A DNA stretch of 64,000 nucleotides from Octopus sinensis (lineage: Eukaryota), in contig NC_043007.1 in assembly GCF_006345805.1 (NCBI RefSeq), forward strand, positions 71,734,001 to 71,798,000, in the 5' to 3' direction. Positions 47,959 through 60,549 of the stretch are shown in pieces; the stretch's first letter is position 1; each line of letters begins with the position of its first letter. A model generated the notes under the pieces. It saw only the letters and a list, made by a program, of their open reading frames with translations. It made no database searches and was not told the origin of the DNA. The translations under genes and the position numbers were made by a program.

Positions 47959-50590
47959 ATATATATGTATATATATATATATATATATAATATATATATA
48001 TATAATATATATAATACCACACAACACAACTTTTTTATAATGAACTACAGAGATATTTGGTGTTGTCGGTGGTTGCCGGGTGTTGCTCAGACACCCGGGT
48101 GTTGCTTAGACACCTCGGGTATTGCTCAGACCACGTATAATTAACTAAGCATATATTGGCTGTAAAGCCACTGAAAATCGTTAGCAAAATAGATAGCCAC
48201 ATAGCCTCGCCTAGATCTCTAGTCACTGAAGTCCCACAACATCATTAACAGAATACATTGCTCCCTAAAAATTTCCTATTTTCATTAGCTGATTATGTAT
48301 AGTTCGAAATACACCAACATTATTTACTGAATATATATGTTGTCTAATTACACCCAACATAATTAACTAAATATAAATGCGTAAACTTGCAAACATGTTT
48401 AGCAGAATACATTTAGGATCTAAAACGCTCCAACTTCATTAGCTGAATATATCGTCTTACCAACATTTTTAACTGCGTATATATTTTGTCTAAAATACTG
48501 GATACTGGAACATCATTTCCTATATATATTTGTGTATGTGTGTGTGTGTATTTCTACATATATATGTATATATACATATTATATATATGATCTTTAAAAT
48601 TCTCCAACAACATTAGCGAATATATGCTTTGTATATTACCCCCCAAAATTTAGCTGAAGATATGAGGTCTCTCAAATTCCCCACCACCATTAGCTGAATG
48701 TATATGGTCTTCAAAAGCCCACAAGATTCTTTCGTGAATACTTAAGTTCTTTAACTTAATCTCAATAACATTAGTTCAATACATATGGTGTTTGAAATAC
48801 TGTAACCTCTCTAACTCAACATATAAAGTTTCTGAAGTCCCCCTCCCAACATCAGTCTCTAAATATATATGGTGTCTGAAATATCCCAACATCATTACCT
48901 GGATATGCGTTCTCTAAATACCCAAACATCATAAGCAGAATATATGTGGTGCCTCAAAACCCAACTTCATTACCTGAATATACAGGGACTTTAATATCTC
49001 CAGACATCTTAACCTAATATATGTCCTCTTACAACCAACGTCATTAGCTCAATATATATGGTGTCTAAAATATCCCGATATTATTTGCTGAAATTAAATT
49101 GGCTCTAAAATTCAGCTTAGCTGAATTATATGGTGTATAAAATATTTTAAGGTCAGATTATAAATATATATAATCTTCAAAATCGCCCATTAACATTACC
49201 TGATATATATTATCTAAACAACTCCACCAACATTTGCTAAATATCTATGGTATCTAAACTAGCATGACATCATTAGCTGAATACATATGGTCACTAAAAT
49301 TCACCTACTTCATTAGTTGAATATATGTACTTTAAATTACCCCGACATCATAACCTGAAAATATATGGTCTCTAACGTTATTTTCTTAATGTTCTCAAGC
49401 CTACTCATTATAGCACTAGCTGATTATATATTGTGTCTAAGTTAACGAACGTAATTAGCTAAATATATGTGGTCGCTGCAATATACAAATACCATTAGCT
49501 AAATTTGAATAGGCTCTAAATAACCTAAGGTGTAAATTGAAAATATATGGCCACTTAAATGACTTAACGTCAAATACTAAACTTAGGTAATATATAACCC
49601 CCACCCAATCAATATCTATTTTATGGTCTTTGAATTACTCCATCATTACCACCACTATCAAAACATTATCTAAATACGTATATGGTGTCTACAAGATAAC
49701 GCCATCATTCTTAATATTATAATCTGAATATAACTAACATAATATAGTTATAATAAAACTAACATAATATAACTAACATAATGAATATTACCAGCATCAT
49801 TGACTGAATATAATTCAATTCTAATATCCCTCAATATCAATACCTGAATATATAGTCTCTAAAATTATTTTAATATTATCTCTTCAATATGTATGTTCGC
49901 TAACTTATCCCAAACAATATTTACTAAATACATAGCACCTGAATCTAAAGCTCCGTAAATCATAAACTGAATACGTATCATCTCTAAAATACCCCATCAT
50001 TCGCTGTATAATTCTGGTGTCTAAAACACCATAATATAATTTCCTGCATATATATGTCTAAAATCCCCTAACAAAATTAGCAAATATAAATTCTCCAAAT
50101 TACTCCAACGACATTAGCCGAATTTGGTGCGCAACCCCCACCCATGTCATTAGCAGAAACATATTGTTTCTAAAATTCCTCAACATCGTTACCAGTATAT
50201 ACGTTTTCAAACTTACCCCAACATTCTTGCCTTAATACATATGGTGTCAAAAAAAGTCCTTAGACATCAAAATCCCGCATCATCAGTAGCTGAACTGATA
50301 GGGCACCTAAAATAAATCAACATTATTATCCGAATATATGTGGCCTCTAAAATATCGAATATCACTAACTAAATATATATGGTCTGTAAAATCCGTAACA
50401 TCAATGCCTGAATATATTGCGTCGAAAATCTCGCAACATCTAAATATATATTGTCTGTAAAATCCCTCAATATCATATATAGTTTCCAAAATGCCCCAAC
50501 AACATTGCTATATATATATTCAATATGTGACCGCGTGTGTATCGTTGGCGATTTTCTTTCCCTGTCTTTCCTTCTTTGAACTTTTTCTAT

Positions 50591-50625
50591 ATTTCTGATG
50601 AAGAGCGTCGCTCGAAACGTTAAAT
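50591..50625 (+). ncRNA. Minimal type I hammerhead ribozyme
   Basis: ATTT-CTGATGA-A-GAGC GTC GCTC-GAAA-CGTT^-AAAT. Intact core with one extra A, and an ACGT palindrome in place of helix III. Confidence 0.72.
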
Positions 50626-50743
50626 CCTCTTTCTTTTCTTTCTTTTCCTGAGCGTCCAATAACACTGTACTTATTCCACGTCATCGCGTTGTTATTTGTT
50701 CTTGCTTGTTCATGTTTGGATTGACTATATATATATATATATA

Positions 50744-50976
50744 CAAGGTATTCAAAAAGTCTCTCCGCAGTGAATTTTTTCCATCCTGCGCATCACCATG
50801 GCGCTACTTCAAGAGTTTTTCGGTGAACGGATTATTTCGAAGGGGATTTGGCCACCAAGATTACTTGATTTAACAGCACCAGACTTTTTTTCTGGATAGC
50901 AAGTAAAAGATCAGTGTACAAGAATCGCCCAAAAAACATTAAACACTTACTGCAGAGAGACCTTTTGAATACCCTA
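50744..50976 (+). mobile_element. Tc1/mariner deletion derivative (MITE)
   Basis: ~30-bp TIRs CAAGGTATTCAAAAAGTCTCTCCGCAGTGA and TAGGGTATTCAAAAGGTCTCTCTGCAGTAA, with TA flanks. The interior encodes FGERIISKGIWPPRLLDLTAPDFF. Confidence 0.8.
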
Positions 50977-51254
50977 TATATATTGTTGCCTCGTGGAATA
51001 TATATTCCTCCTGGCTTCTTTGCCGATAAGACGGGCCAGTGGTAAATTGATTTAATTAAATTAAATTTAATTTAATTAAGCTGGTTTGCCATAAAGTACG
51101 TCGAAACTATGCATAGTCCAAAGATGATAAGGGTAAATGTTTTTAATTTTCCTTTGATTTCTGAATTACTACTATTTAGCGGTTTGAGTTTGGCTGCTCG
51201 TTTTAGTGAGTTGAATGGCCTATCAAGGCCATTCCTTAATATTATTGTTGAATG

Positions 51255-51307
<53 letters not shown>

Positions 51308-51317
51308 ATATATAGAT

Positions 51318-51354
<37 letters not shown>

Positions 51355-51388
51355 AGAGACAGAGACAGAGAGAGAGAGACAGACAGAG

Positions 51389-51420
<32 letters not shown>

Positions 51421-51858
51421 TGAAAGACAGACAGATATTCATATATGTGTGTCTGCAATGAGTTCCTGAAAAACTCAATAAATTATTAAACAGTTTCACA
51501 TAACCGATCATCAGACAGTCGTAAGTATTTAAAACAATACCTTGGTTCAAAAGAATTTATAAATATCTGTAAGTGGTGAAGTAATTGATATTTACCAATT
51601 CATCGAATAAACAATTAAAATTGATTAGAGAGGGCATTATTATTATTCAACATAACGAGAATTTGTTGCATGAAAAACAATAAGCTGTGTCGGAAAAAGC
51701 ATAAACATTTAAAGTGGGTAGAAACTGAATTAAAACTTGAATAATATATATCGTTTATATTCGTTGAAACAGGTTTTTGACTGATAAAGCCCCTTTTAAA
51801 AGTTGGAAGTGATAGAAAATAGTGTAAATGATAAAATTTTATAAAAAATTAACACAAT

Positions 51859-52225
51859 GGCGCAGGAGTGGCTGTGTGGTAAGTAGCTTGCTAACCAACC
51901 ACATGGTTCTGGGTTCAGTACCACTGCGTGGCATCTTGGGCAAGTGTCTTCTGCTATAGCCTCGGGCCGACCAATGCCTTGTGAGTGGATTTGGTAGACG
52001 GAAACTGAAAGAAGTGTGTGTGTTTGTCTCCCTAGCATTGCTTGACAACCGATGCTGGTGTGTTTACGTCCCCGTAACTTAGCGGTTCGGCAAGAGAGAC
52101 CGATAGAATAAGTACTGGGCTTACAAAGAATAAGTCCCGGAGTCGATTTGCTCGACTAAAAGGCGGTGCTCCAGCATGGCCGCAGTCAAATGACTGAAAC
52201 AAGTAAAAGATAAAAGAAGATAAAG
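51859..52225 (+). mobile_element. SINE family A
   Basis: Full head, core and tail, with an (AAAGAT)n end. Confidence 0.85.
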
Positions 52226-52565
52226 ATAAAAGATAAAAGATAATGGCGAATAGATACCAAAACATGAAGTACAAAATAAATGCAAAAATAAAATAAAATA
52301 AATAAATGCGCTTCCTACAGAAGAGAGAAGTTATAATCATGTTCATATAAAAATGCTAATCAAAATTTTCACAATATGCCTTGCTTTTAGATCTAATCTT
52401 AAATGACATTAATTTTTTTTTTTTACATTTTACTCTCCCCTCTGTCATTACTATGTTATCTTGTAAGAAACATTTCCTATTGAATACTCAAGCTTTCCTC
52501 TAACGTGGAAGTATTTAGAAGTAACTTCGAATATTATAATGGTGATCCGCTGACAAACAACTCTG

Positions 52566-52916
52566 GGATCTTTTCACTTTAACCGGCAGATTTTTAAAAT
52601 AATTTCTTTGTAACTAAACACTTTTAAACTTCGTATACTGGTAGTGTGTTACATAAAACAACTTTTTCTCTTGGCTTTCTTGAGAAAATTCTGTAGTTTG
52701 TAAGCTATTTGTTGTTTAATTTCTTGCATTTCGGCAATTTCAACTAATCAATGACGTCTATTGAGGTGAATACAATATCTGCGTATTTTGTCAACAACAT
52801 TTTCTGGAAAGCCAAGAGAAAAAGATGTTTATGTAACACACTACCAGTATACGAAGTTTAAAAGTGTGTTACAAAGAAATTATTTTTAAAATCTGCCGGT
52901 CAAAGTGAAAAGATCC
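52566..52916. mobile_element. Related MITE with GG-starting TIRs and 8-bp TSD
   Basis: TIR GGATCTTTTCACTTTRACCGGCAGATTTT. CAACTCTG is duplicated at 52558-52565 and 52917-52924. Internal blocks are shared with 22406-22823. Confidence 0.85.
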
Positions 52917-53809
52917 CAACTCTGATTTTAAAATAACTTCTGCACATGAACATACAAAACATTAATGAACCACATAACTCTTTAACTCAACCAATTAAAC
53001 TCAGGGTTATAGTAAATATACGTGAAAATTATACTATAATTGCAGATAAGGCTAACATCAGTAGTGACAATATAACGAGCGGTTGTTATAACTATAAAAA
53101 CAATAAAAGCCTGCATATGCCTTGAGACATAACTGATAAAACTACAAATAGTGGGAATAACTTAATATAACCTTTCTATTATAGACATAAGATCTGAAAA
53201 TTGGCGGGAGCAGACCAATCGACTACATCGACCCCGAAAGTTGGATAGGCAAAGTTAACAACGCCATGAAAATAATGAAACTAACTGACGAAAATAGCCA
53301 AACTAATAATCGATCTACAGTTGATTTTTGGTGATTAGAGCTGTTGTGAATGTAGCTAAGTTTTTCATTAGATTTGTGGAAAGGAATGTGTATACTGCAA
53401 TTCAAACTTGAGTTGACGCCAAGAAAATAAGGAAACTAACAAACAACAATAGCCAGTTTAATATTGAGAAGGAACCGCTAACCAAGGATAGTGGTAAAAC
53501 TATAATACACTTATACTAAATAGTAGAAATAAAGATTAAACGAACCTTCGCTGCACACCTAATATAGATTCTAAATCTAACTTAAACGGTAGGATACGAA
53601 ATAACATAATCCATTCTGACGTTTCGTAAATGGAATTCTCAAACCTCGAATTTTCAGGAAAACCCACAAAGGATAATCACAAGGTATACTTAGAAATTTC
53701 TACTATCCGCAAAAAAAAAAAAAGAAAGATATATTAAAATAATAAAATGGAACGTAAAGTCGTTAACGTGTCTTAAGCCAAAAAATGTTAGGACGAATAT
53801 ATCTCTTTT

Positions 53810-54285
<476 letters not shown>

Positions 54286-54691
54286 AAAATCATCTTTAAT
54301 ATATCAAGTAGAAACTTGCCTCCAAGCCACAAATATCAACAAACGGCCCACATCTTTTATTAAAGATTATTTACAACAAAAAAAATCAAAATTTTTGCTT
54401 CAAAGTTGTCTTGAATTTTTTTCTTTCTTTTACTTATTTATGCTTATATGATTGTTCTCTCTCTCTCTCTCTCTCCGTCACAAACAAACACAGACGACAG
54501 GCTTCTGCTGTTTCCACCATATTTCATTTACAATGCAATGATCAACAGGAGGCTATAGTGGCTACACTTGCCCAAATGGCGCACAACGGGATGAAACCAA
54601 GAAACATCATTGCTGCGTAACGAATAAAACACAAGCCTTGCCCGCGCCTAAACCGACAGTTTTATAATAGATTTGACAATAGATTTGACAA

Positions 54692-55060
54692 GGCGCAGGA
54701 GTGGCTGTGTGGTAAGTAGCTTGCTAACCGACCACATGGTTCCGGGTTCAATCTTGGGCAAGGCCGACCACTGCCTTGTGAGTGGATTTGGTAGACGGAA
54801 ACTGAAAGAGGCCTGTCGTATATATGTATCTATATGTGTATGTATATGTTTGTGTGTCTGTGTTTGTCCCTCTAGCATTGCTTGACAACCGATGCTGGTG
54901 TGTTTACGTCTCCGTCACTTAGCGGTTCGGCAAAAGAGACCGATAGAATAAGTACTGAGCTTACAAAGAATAAGTCCCGTGGTCGATTTGCTCGACTAAA
55001 GGCGGTGCTCCAGCATGGCCGCAGTCAAATGACTGAAACAAGTAAAAGAGTAAAAGAGTA
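54692..55060 (+). mobile_element. SINE family A
   Basis: Head, partly deleted core, full tail. Confidence 0.85.
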
Positions 55061-55246
55061 CTCTGTTGCTTCCAATATTTGTCATTATTTTACGCTGTTC
55101 GTTAAGGATTAACTAAAAAGTTATAAATACAAAGTATGTTAAATGATATTAAACACTTGTAGAAGTATTGATGTGTGTAGCACAGTTTGTGATAAAGTTA
55201 AAAAAAAGTAATATAAAAAGAGAGAGCGAATTAGAACTGATCTTAC

Positions 55247-55263
55247 CTTACGAAATAATACAC
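55247..55263 (-). CDS. ACYP: Acylphosphatase 17-nt microexon (G-V-L-F-R-K)
   Basis: ttgtctttattttacag|GTGTATTATTTCGTAAG|gtaaga. Both splice sites are canonical. It supplies the missing GVxFR motif with the catalytic Arg and ends in phase 0, fitting the 110-nt exon. Confidence 0.88.
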
Positions 55264-55515
55264 CTGTAAAATAAAGACAATTTTTATGAATAAGAATGAA
55301 AAAATTACAGCATTATATATAAAGAGGGAATAAACAAACAACAATGTTACAGGTCATGAAGATTCATAAATGAAAAATTACAAAATTTGTTCAAATTCCT
55401 GATTCCATGAGAGTGTATTGTATATATGCGTGTGTGTTGTGTGCCTCTGTGTGTGTGTGTGTTTAGAAAGTTACTTTTAGTGACTATTAGTTTCGCGCGT
55501 GCGCACACACATATT

Positions 55516-55560
<45 letters not shown>

Positions 55561-55591
55561 TTTATTTAAAAGCTGCAGAATATAACAAAAG

Positions 55592-55629
55592 CTGTTACTC
55601 AGAGTTCCACGTTCCCGTTCGACGGACAG
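55592..55629 (-). ncRNA. Decayed hammerhead motif, left arm of palindrome
   Basis: CTGT-CCGTCGA-ACG GGAA CGT-GGAA-CTC T GAG-TA^-ACAG, carrying U4C, A6U and A13G. Confidence 0.55.
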
Positions 55630-55656
55630 TTTTTTTTGGGGTTTTTTTTTAACAAA

Positions 55657-55694
55657 CTGTCCGACGAACGGGAACGTGAAACTCTGAGTAACAG
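55657..55694 (+). ncRNA. Type I hammerhead motif, right arm of palindrome (U4C)
   Basis: CTGT-CCGACGA-ACG GGAA CGT-GAAA-CTC T GAG-TA^-ACAG. All three helices pair and the triplet is GUA. Confidence 0.7.
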
Positions 55695-55795
55695 CTTTTG
55701 TTATATTTCTGCTGCTTTTAAATAAAGCATATTACTCTACCTCTGGTATTTGAGTACTCTTTTTTCCACCTTGTTTCACATTTTGTGCTTACTCC

Positions 55796-55843
<48 letters not shown>

Positions 55844-56496
55844 GGGAGTAAATCCAAATTTACAGGGAAAAATTAGATTTAAGATTAAATCAAATTTCAC
55901 AGTATAAATATAAATTATTAGAGATAAAACCACTATTAGGAAAATCAAACAGTGAAAAACATAAACCAATACATAAAAATAAAAATAAATATAATTAATA
56001 TAATATACAAAATATATAAAAAATAAAATTTAAAATTTAAATTATTTAAATTTAATATATATATGTATATATGCATATGTTTTTATTTTATTTATTAATT
56101 TATATATATATATATATATATATTAATAAATGAAATAAAACATATGCATATATATAAACATATGTACGTACCTACCTCTACATGTACATATACACGCATA
56201 TATGAGTACAGGACACCAAAGGGACGTCGAACACAAAGAGAAACGAAAACATAGACACAAACCAAAGGAACTGGACATTTTTTTTAAAACAACAAAAAAT
56301 GGAGTACAGGACAATTAACACAAAGAAAAAACCCCTTCTTCAGTCGCTATGGTTTCATCTACTCTATGTTTCGAAGGATAAAAGCGAGACGTATCTTCGA
56401 CAAGAAACTTTCCTTCCTGCGGAAAGCAAATCAATTCAAATTCTGAGATCTTTTCGCAGAGGGGTAAAAAAATGGTAAAAAAAGCAGACAGTAAAC

Positions 56497-56580
<84 letters not shown>

Positions 56581-57100
56581 TATATATATACATATATATA
56601 TATACGTTATTTATGACATTGTGGATGGGATAATGACCGAGTGTGATGCTTTCGAAATGGATCTGAGTTCACTCTACAGAGAGAATCCAGTCCTTTAACC
56701 AAAGAATCTATTTATAGAACGAGTTGAATGTGTGTTCGTTGAGCATTTATATTTATTTATAACTTATTCATAACCATTGTTTTACTACTTTTGTCACCAA
56801 TGAATGAGGTGACATCCAACTAAAGAAAAGCACCGCCTGTTTCTCATTACATTTTTATGAGTTTTTATAGGCTCCCTCTCTCCCTCTCTCCCCCTCTCTC
56901 TCTCACGACGGAAGTAGACAAAGTAAAACCTTCTGCTGATCCAGTAACAACCAGACGAGACTAATCGGGATTTTCTTCAGATTGTTCTCCTAAGAGAATT
57001 CTGCGGCTTAACTAGTGGGCTATATTTGTATAGCATGACTTAATTAGTGGTTATTAAACAAATGCATGTAAATTTCTTGAGATCTTATCTATCTACCTAC

Positions 57101-57204
<104 letters not shown>

Positions 57205-57225
57205 TTATATGTATGTATATATATA

Positions 57226-57682
57226 TTACTCCCTCCAGCGTTGCCGTGAGCGGTACATCATTTGTACGACGTGGAGAATATACCGCCAACTTTGCCCACA
57301 CGACCTAAACATTAGCTTCAAGGTTCATCCAAGACTGGGACCACGGGCCATACGTCCCCTGCCCAATTCAAGATCACAACATACACGTACACTGCAACAT
57401 AATTTCTTTTCCTCAACAGGCCCTGCCCTATTTAACATTATCCCGAGGGAGATCAAAGAGGAAAAGGATCCCATCAACTTTAAACGGAGTCTGGATAGAT
57501 TCCTTCAAAGAATACCAGATAAGCCACCCATATTGGATACAACTCACCCAACAAGAACTCACTACTTGAACAAAACTTGACTTAAACAGGATTCGAATAT
57601 CCTATCAGGTGTGCTATTAAGTTAGACATGGCCTGGACCAATCTTTGGTCGAAACCATATCTAAGTTTTAAGTTTTATCTAA

Positions 57683-57690
<8 letters not shown>
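57226..57690 (+). mobile_element. CR1/Jockey-superfamily LINE 3' end
   Basis: YSLQRCRERYII...GPALFNIIPREIK...FKRSLDRFLQRIPDKP, with a short repeated AAGTTTTA tail. Confidence 0.75.
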
Positions 57691-57743
<53 letters not shown>

Positions 57744-57811
57744 TATGTATTATATATAATAAATGTATACATACATACATGCATACATACATACATACAT
57801 ACATATATATA

Positions 57812-57862
<51 letters not shown>

Positions 57863-57894
57863 TTATATATATATATATATCTATATATATAATA

Positions 57895-57956
<62 letters not shown>

Positions 57957-58054
57957 ATGGTAGTTTATCGGTACAGCACGTTCACTGACTTGGTGTTCGT
58001 TGGGTATGTAATTAATGAGTGAACGGAAGATGGAAGATTCGAGAATCTTTACTG

Positions 58055-58160
58055 ATCACTACAATTGTTTCCACCCATCTAGCATCGATCCCTCGTGGGT
58101 AGGATAAGGTATAACTGGTTTAGGTGTATCCCTCGGTGTTGAATTGTGTCCTCAGATGAT
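58055..58160 (-). ncRNA. Type I hammerhead motif with long helix II insert
   Basis: ATCAT-CTGAGGA-CAC...(~70 nt)...GTG-GAAA-CAATTG-TA^-GTGAT. Helix III is the palindrome ACAATTGT and helix I is 5 bp. Confidence 0.62.
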
Positions 58161-58413
58161 TTCAAGGGGTATCTCGTTAAAATAAACTCTGTTTCGCACA
58201 ACTTATTTTTTGATATTTTCTTCTTAGTCTTCGTATATAGAAATGAATAATTAAGAGTTACAGCTCCATTTTTATAGAAGATCTATAGCAAAGATGAGAT
58301 ACAAAAAGAAACAAATATACAATACATCGAAAAAATTATTAGATATAACCCTTAGTAGATATAGATGTATCCCTTAATTTTCCATTTCTATATACAAAGA
58401 CAAAGAAGAAAGC

Positions 58414-58472
<59 letters not shown>

Positions 58473-58900
58473 TAATAATAATAATAAAAAGTGACAACAA
58501 AAAAATGAGACCTCGGTATTAGGTAAACAGAGAATTATTTACATATGTATAGTTTAGGACAATGAGTAAAAATGTCATAATAATACTCGGAGTTTCAAAT
58601 GCCGGAGCTAAGAGCTACGATGCATTCTCATCGGTTATTAATGGCAATAGACGCTACGAAAAACCGTTGAATAAAAGGGAAATTACTCTAATAGGTAGTA
58701 AAAATATAAAAGATAAAAAATACACGCAACTATATTCTCACAAAACCTAGACATAAGACCTCCTGCGTTCATAACGTCTACATACGTACACACTCACACA
58801 AACATGTATATGTACATGCACATACACACGCAAACATATATGTGCATGTACGTACTCATACGTATACGCATATCCACACACACACGCACACATGCATATA

Positions 58901-58954
<54 letters not shown>

Positions 58955-59236
58955 TGCATGTATATGTATAAGTGCATGCAACTTCATCCTCATATACATA
59001 TAGGTGTATGCTTGCATACATACATATTTAGATCACGGATAGAATCCGCATTTTTACTATATTCCTGCACAAGTTTTCCATGTCTTAACAATTTTTATTG
59101 TTATTTCTATATTTTTCATTTTTTCCTTTTTGTGTGAATATGTACGTGTGTGAGTATATGTATATGTATGTATATATTAAATGTGTATGTGTATGCGTGT
59201 GTATATATGTGTACGTTCGTATGTATATGAGTGTAT

Positions 59237-59303
<67 letters not shown>

Positions 59304-59304
<1 letters not shown>

Positions 59305-59718
59305 GGCGCAGGAGTGGCTGTGTGGTAAGTAGCTTGTTTACCAACCACATGGTTCCGGGTTCAGTCCCACTGCGTGGCACCTTGGGCTAGTGTCTTCTAC
59401 TATAGCCTCGGGTCGACCAAAGCCTTGTGAGTGGATTTGGTAGACGGAAACTGAAAGAAGCCCGTCGTATATATGTATATATACATATGCATGTATGTGT
59501 TTGTGTGTCTGTGTTTGTCCCCCTAGCATTGCTTGACAACCGATGCTGGTGTGTTTATGTCCACGTTACTTAGCGGTTCGGCAAAAGAGACCGATAGAAT
59601 AAGTACTGGGCTTACAAAAGATTAAGTCCCGGGGTCGAGTTGCTCGATTAAAGGCGGTGCTCCAGCATGGCCGCAGTCAAATGACTGAAACAAGTAAAAG
59701 AGTAAAAGAGAGTAAAGA
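59304..59718 (+). mobile_element. SINE family A
   Basis: Full head, core and tail. Confidence 0.85.
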
Positions 59719-59887
59719 GAGAATATATATATATATATACACAAGAAAAAAGCGACAAGAATGGATTAGTTTTTCAGTACAATTGTTTCATACGAAGACC
59801 AGCTTTATTAAAAGCTGCAAATATTGCAGCAAATACAAGTGTCCCGTACTCATCAGCCAAAACACATATGAGTTTTCCAAGCATCCT

Positions 59888-59987
59888 NNNNNNNNNNNNN
59901 NNNNNNNNNNNNNNNNNNNNNNNNNNNNNNNNNNNNNNNNNNNNNNNNNNNNNNNNNNNNNNNNNNNNNNNNNNNNNNNNNNNNNNN
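59888..59987. other. Assembly gap (100 N)
   Basis: Run of N. Confidence 0.99.
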
Positions 59988-60549
59988 TTTTGTCCGACGT
60001 GCTAACGATTCTGCCAGCTCACTATGTTACTTCACACTCTAATATTGGCCGAAGAAAACTCATCGTACGCTGTTCTCAGTAAGAAAGGTAACATAGGTGG
60101 TTTTATTTTCAATGGCATTTTACTTGATAGTTTTCTTTGTCTATTTGTCGTGCATGCTGACTATATACATTAGATATCCAACCCTACTGCCTCAATCAAA
60201 CACTCTTCTTAGCGAACCTCTTTACAAGGCTGTAGAACACGAGGAAAAGAGGTTTTTGCTCCTCTATACTTCCTCTGTCTCACACAAGGTCAACCTCAGC
60301 AGAATTTGAACTCAGAACGTAAAGACGGGCGAAACGCCGCTAAGCATTTTGCCTGACGTCCGAACGATTCTACCAGTTCACCTTTCATGTGTGTGTTTGT
60401 CTATGTGTGTGTGTGTGCGGGTTGTGTGTAAGTTGTGTGTGTGTAAGCAGTCTAATTTATAAATTCAGATTTATAAATTAGATAATGACTATAGACCGAA
60501 ACACAATTATAACCCTCCATAAAGGAGGCGAAAGTAATACAGTTATAGC

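Larger units (their letters stand above)
39615..50520 (+). repeat. Degenerate ~40-bp tandem array (consensus approx. CAACATCATTAGCTGAATATATATGGTGTCTAAAATACCC), interrupted by TEs and microsatellites
   Basis: Recurrent AACATCATTA(G/C)CTGAATATATATGG...CTAAAAT spaced about 38-41 bp apart throughout; individual units are visibly diverged. Confidence 0.85.
55560..55727. repeat. Long near-perfect palindrome (~72-bp arms)
   Basis: CTTTATTTAAAAGCTGCAGAA... pairs with ...TTCTGCTGCTTTTAAATAAAG. T/G-rich loop. Confidence 0.92.

Noticed and set aside
39615-50520. CRISPR-like or coding reading of the 40-bp array
   Set aside because: Whole units repeat with no unique spacers, the context is eukaryotic with no cas genes, and the 40-bp period cycles frames and introduces stops.
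53585-53660. Minus-strand CTGAAAA...GAAACGTC hammerhead-like trace
   Set aside because: G8 is missing and helices I and II do not pair convincingly.
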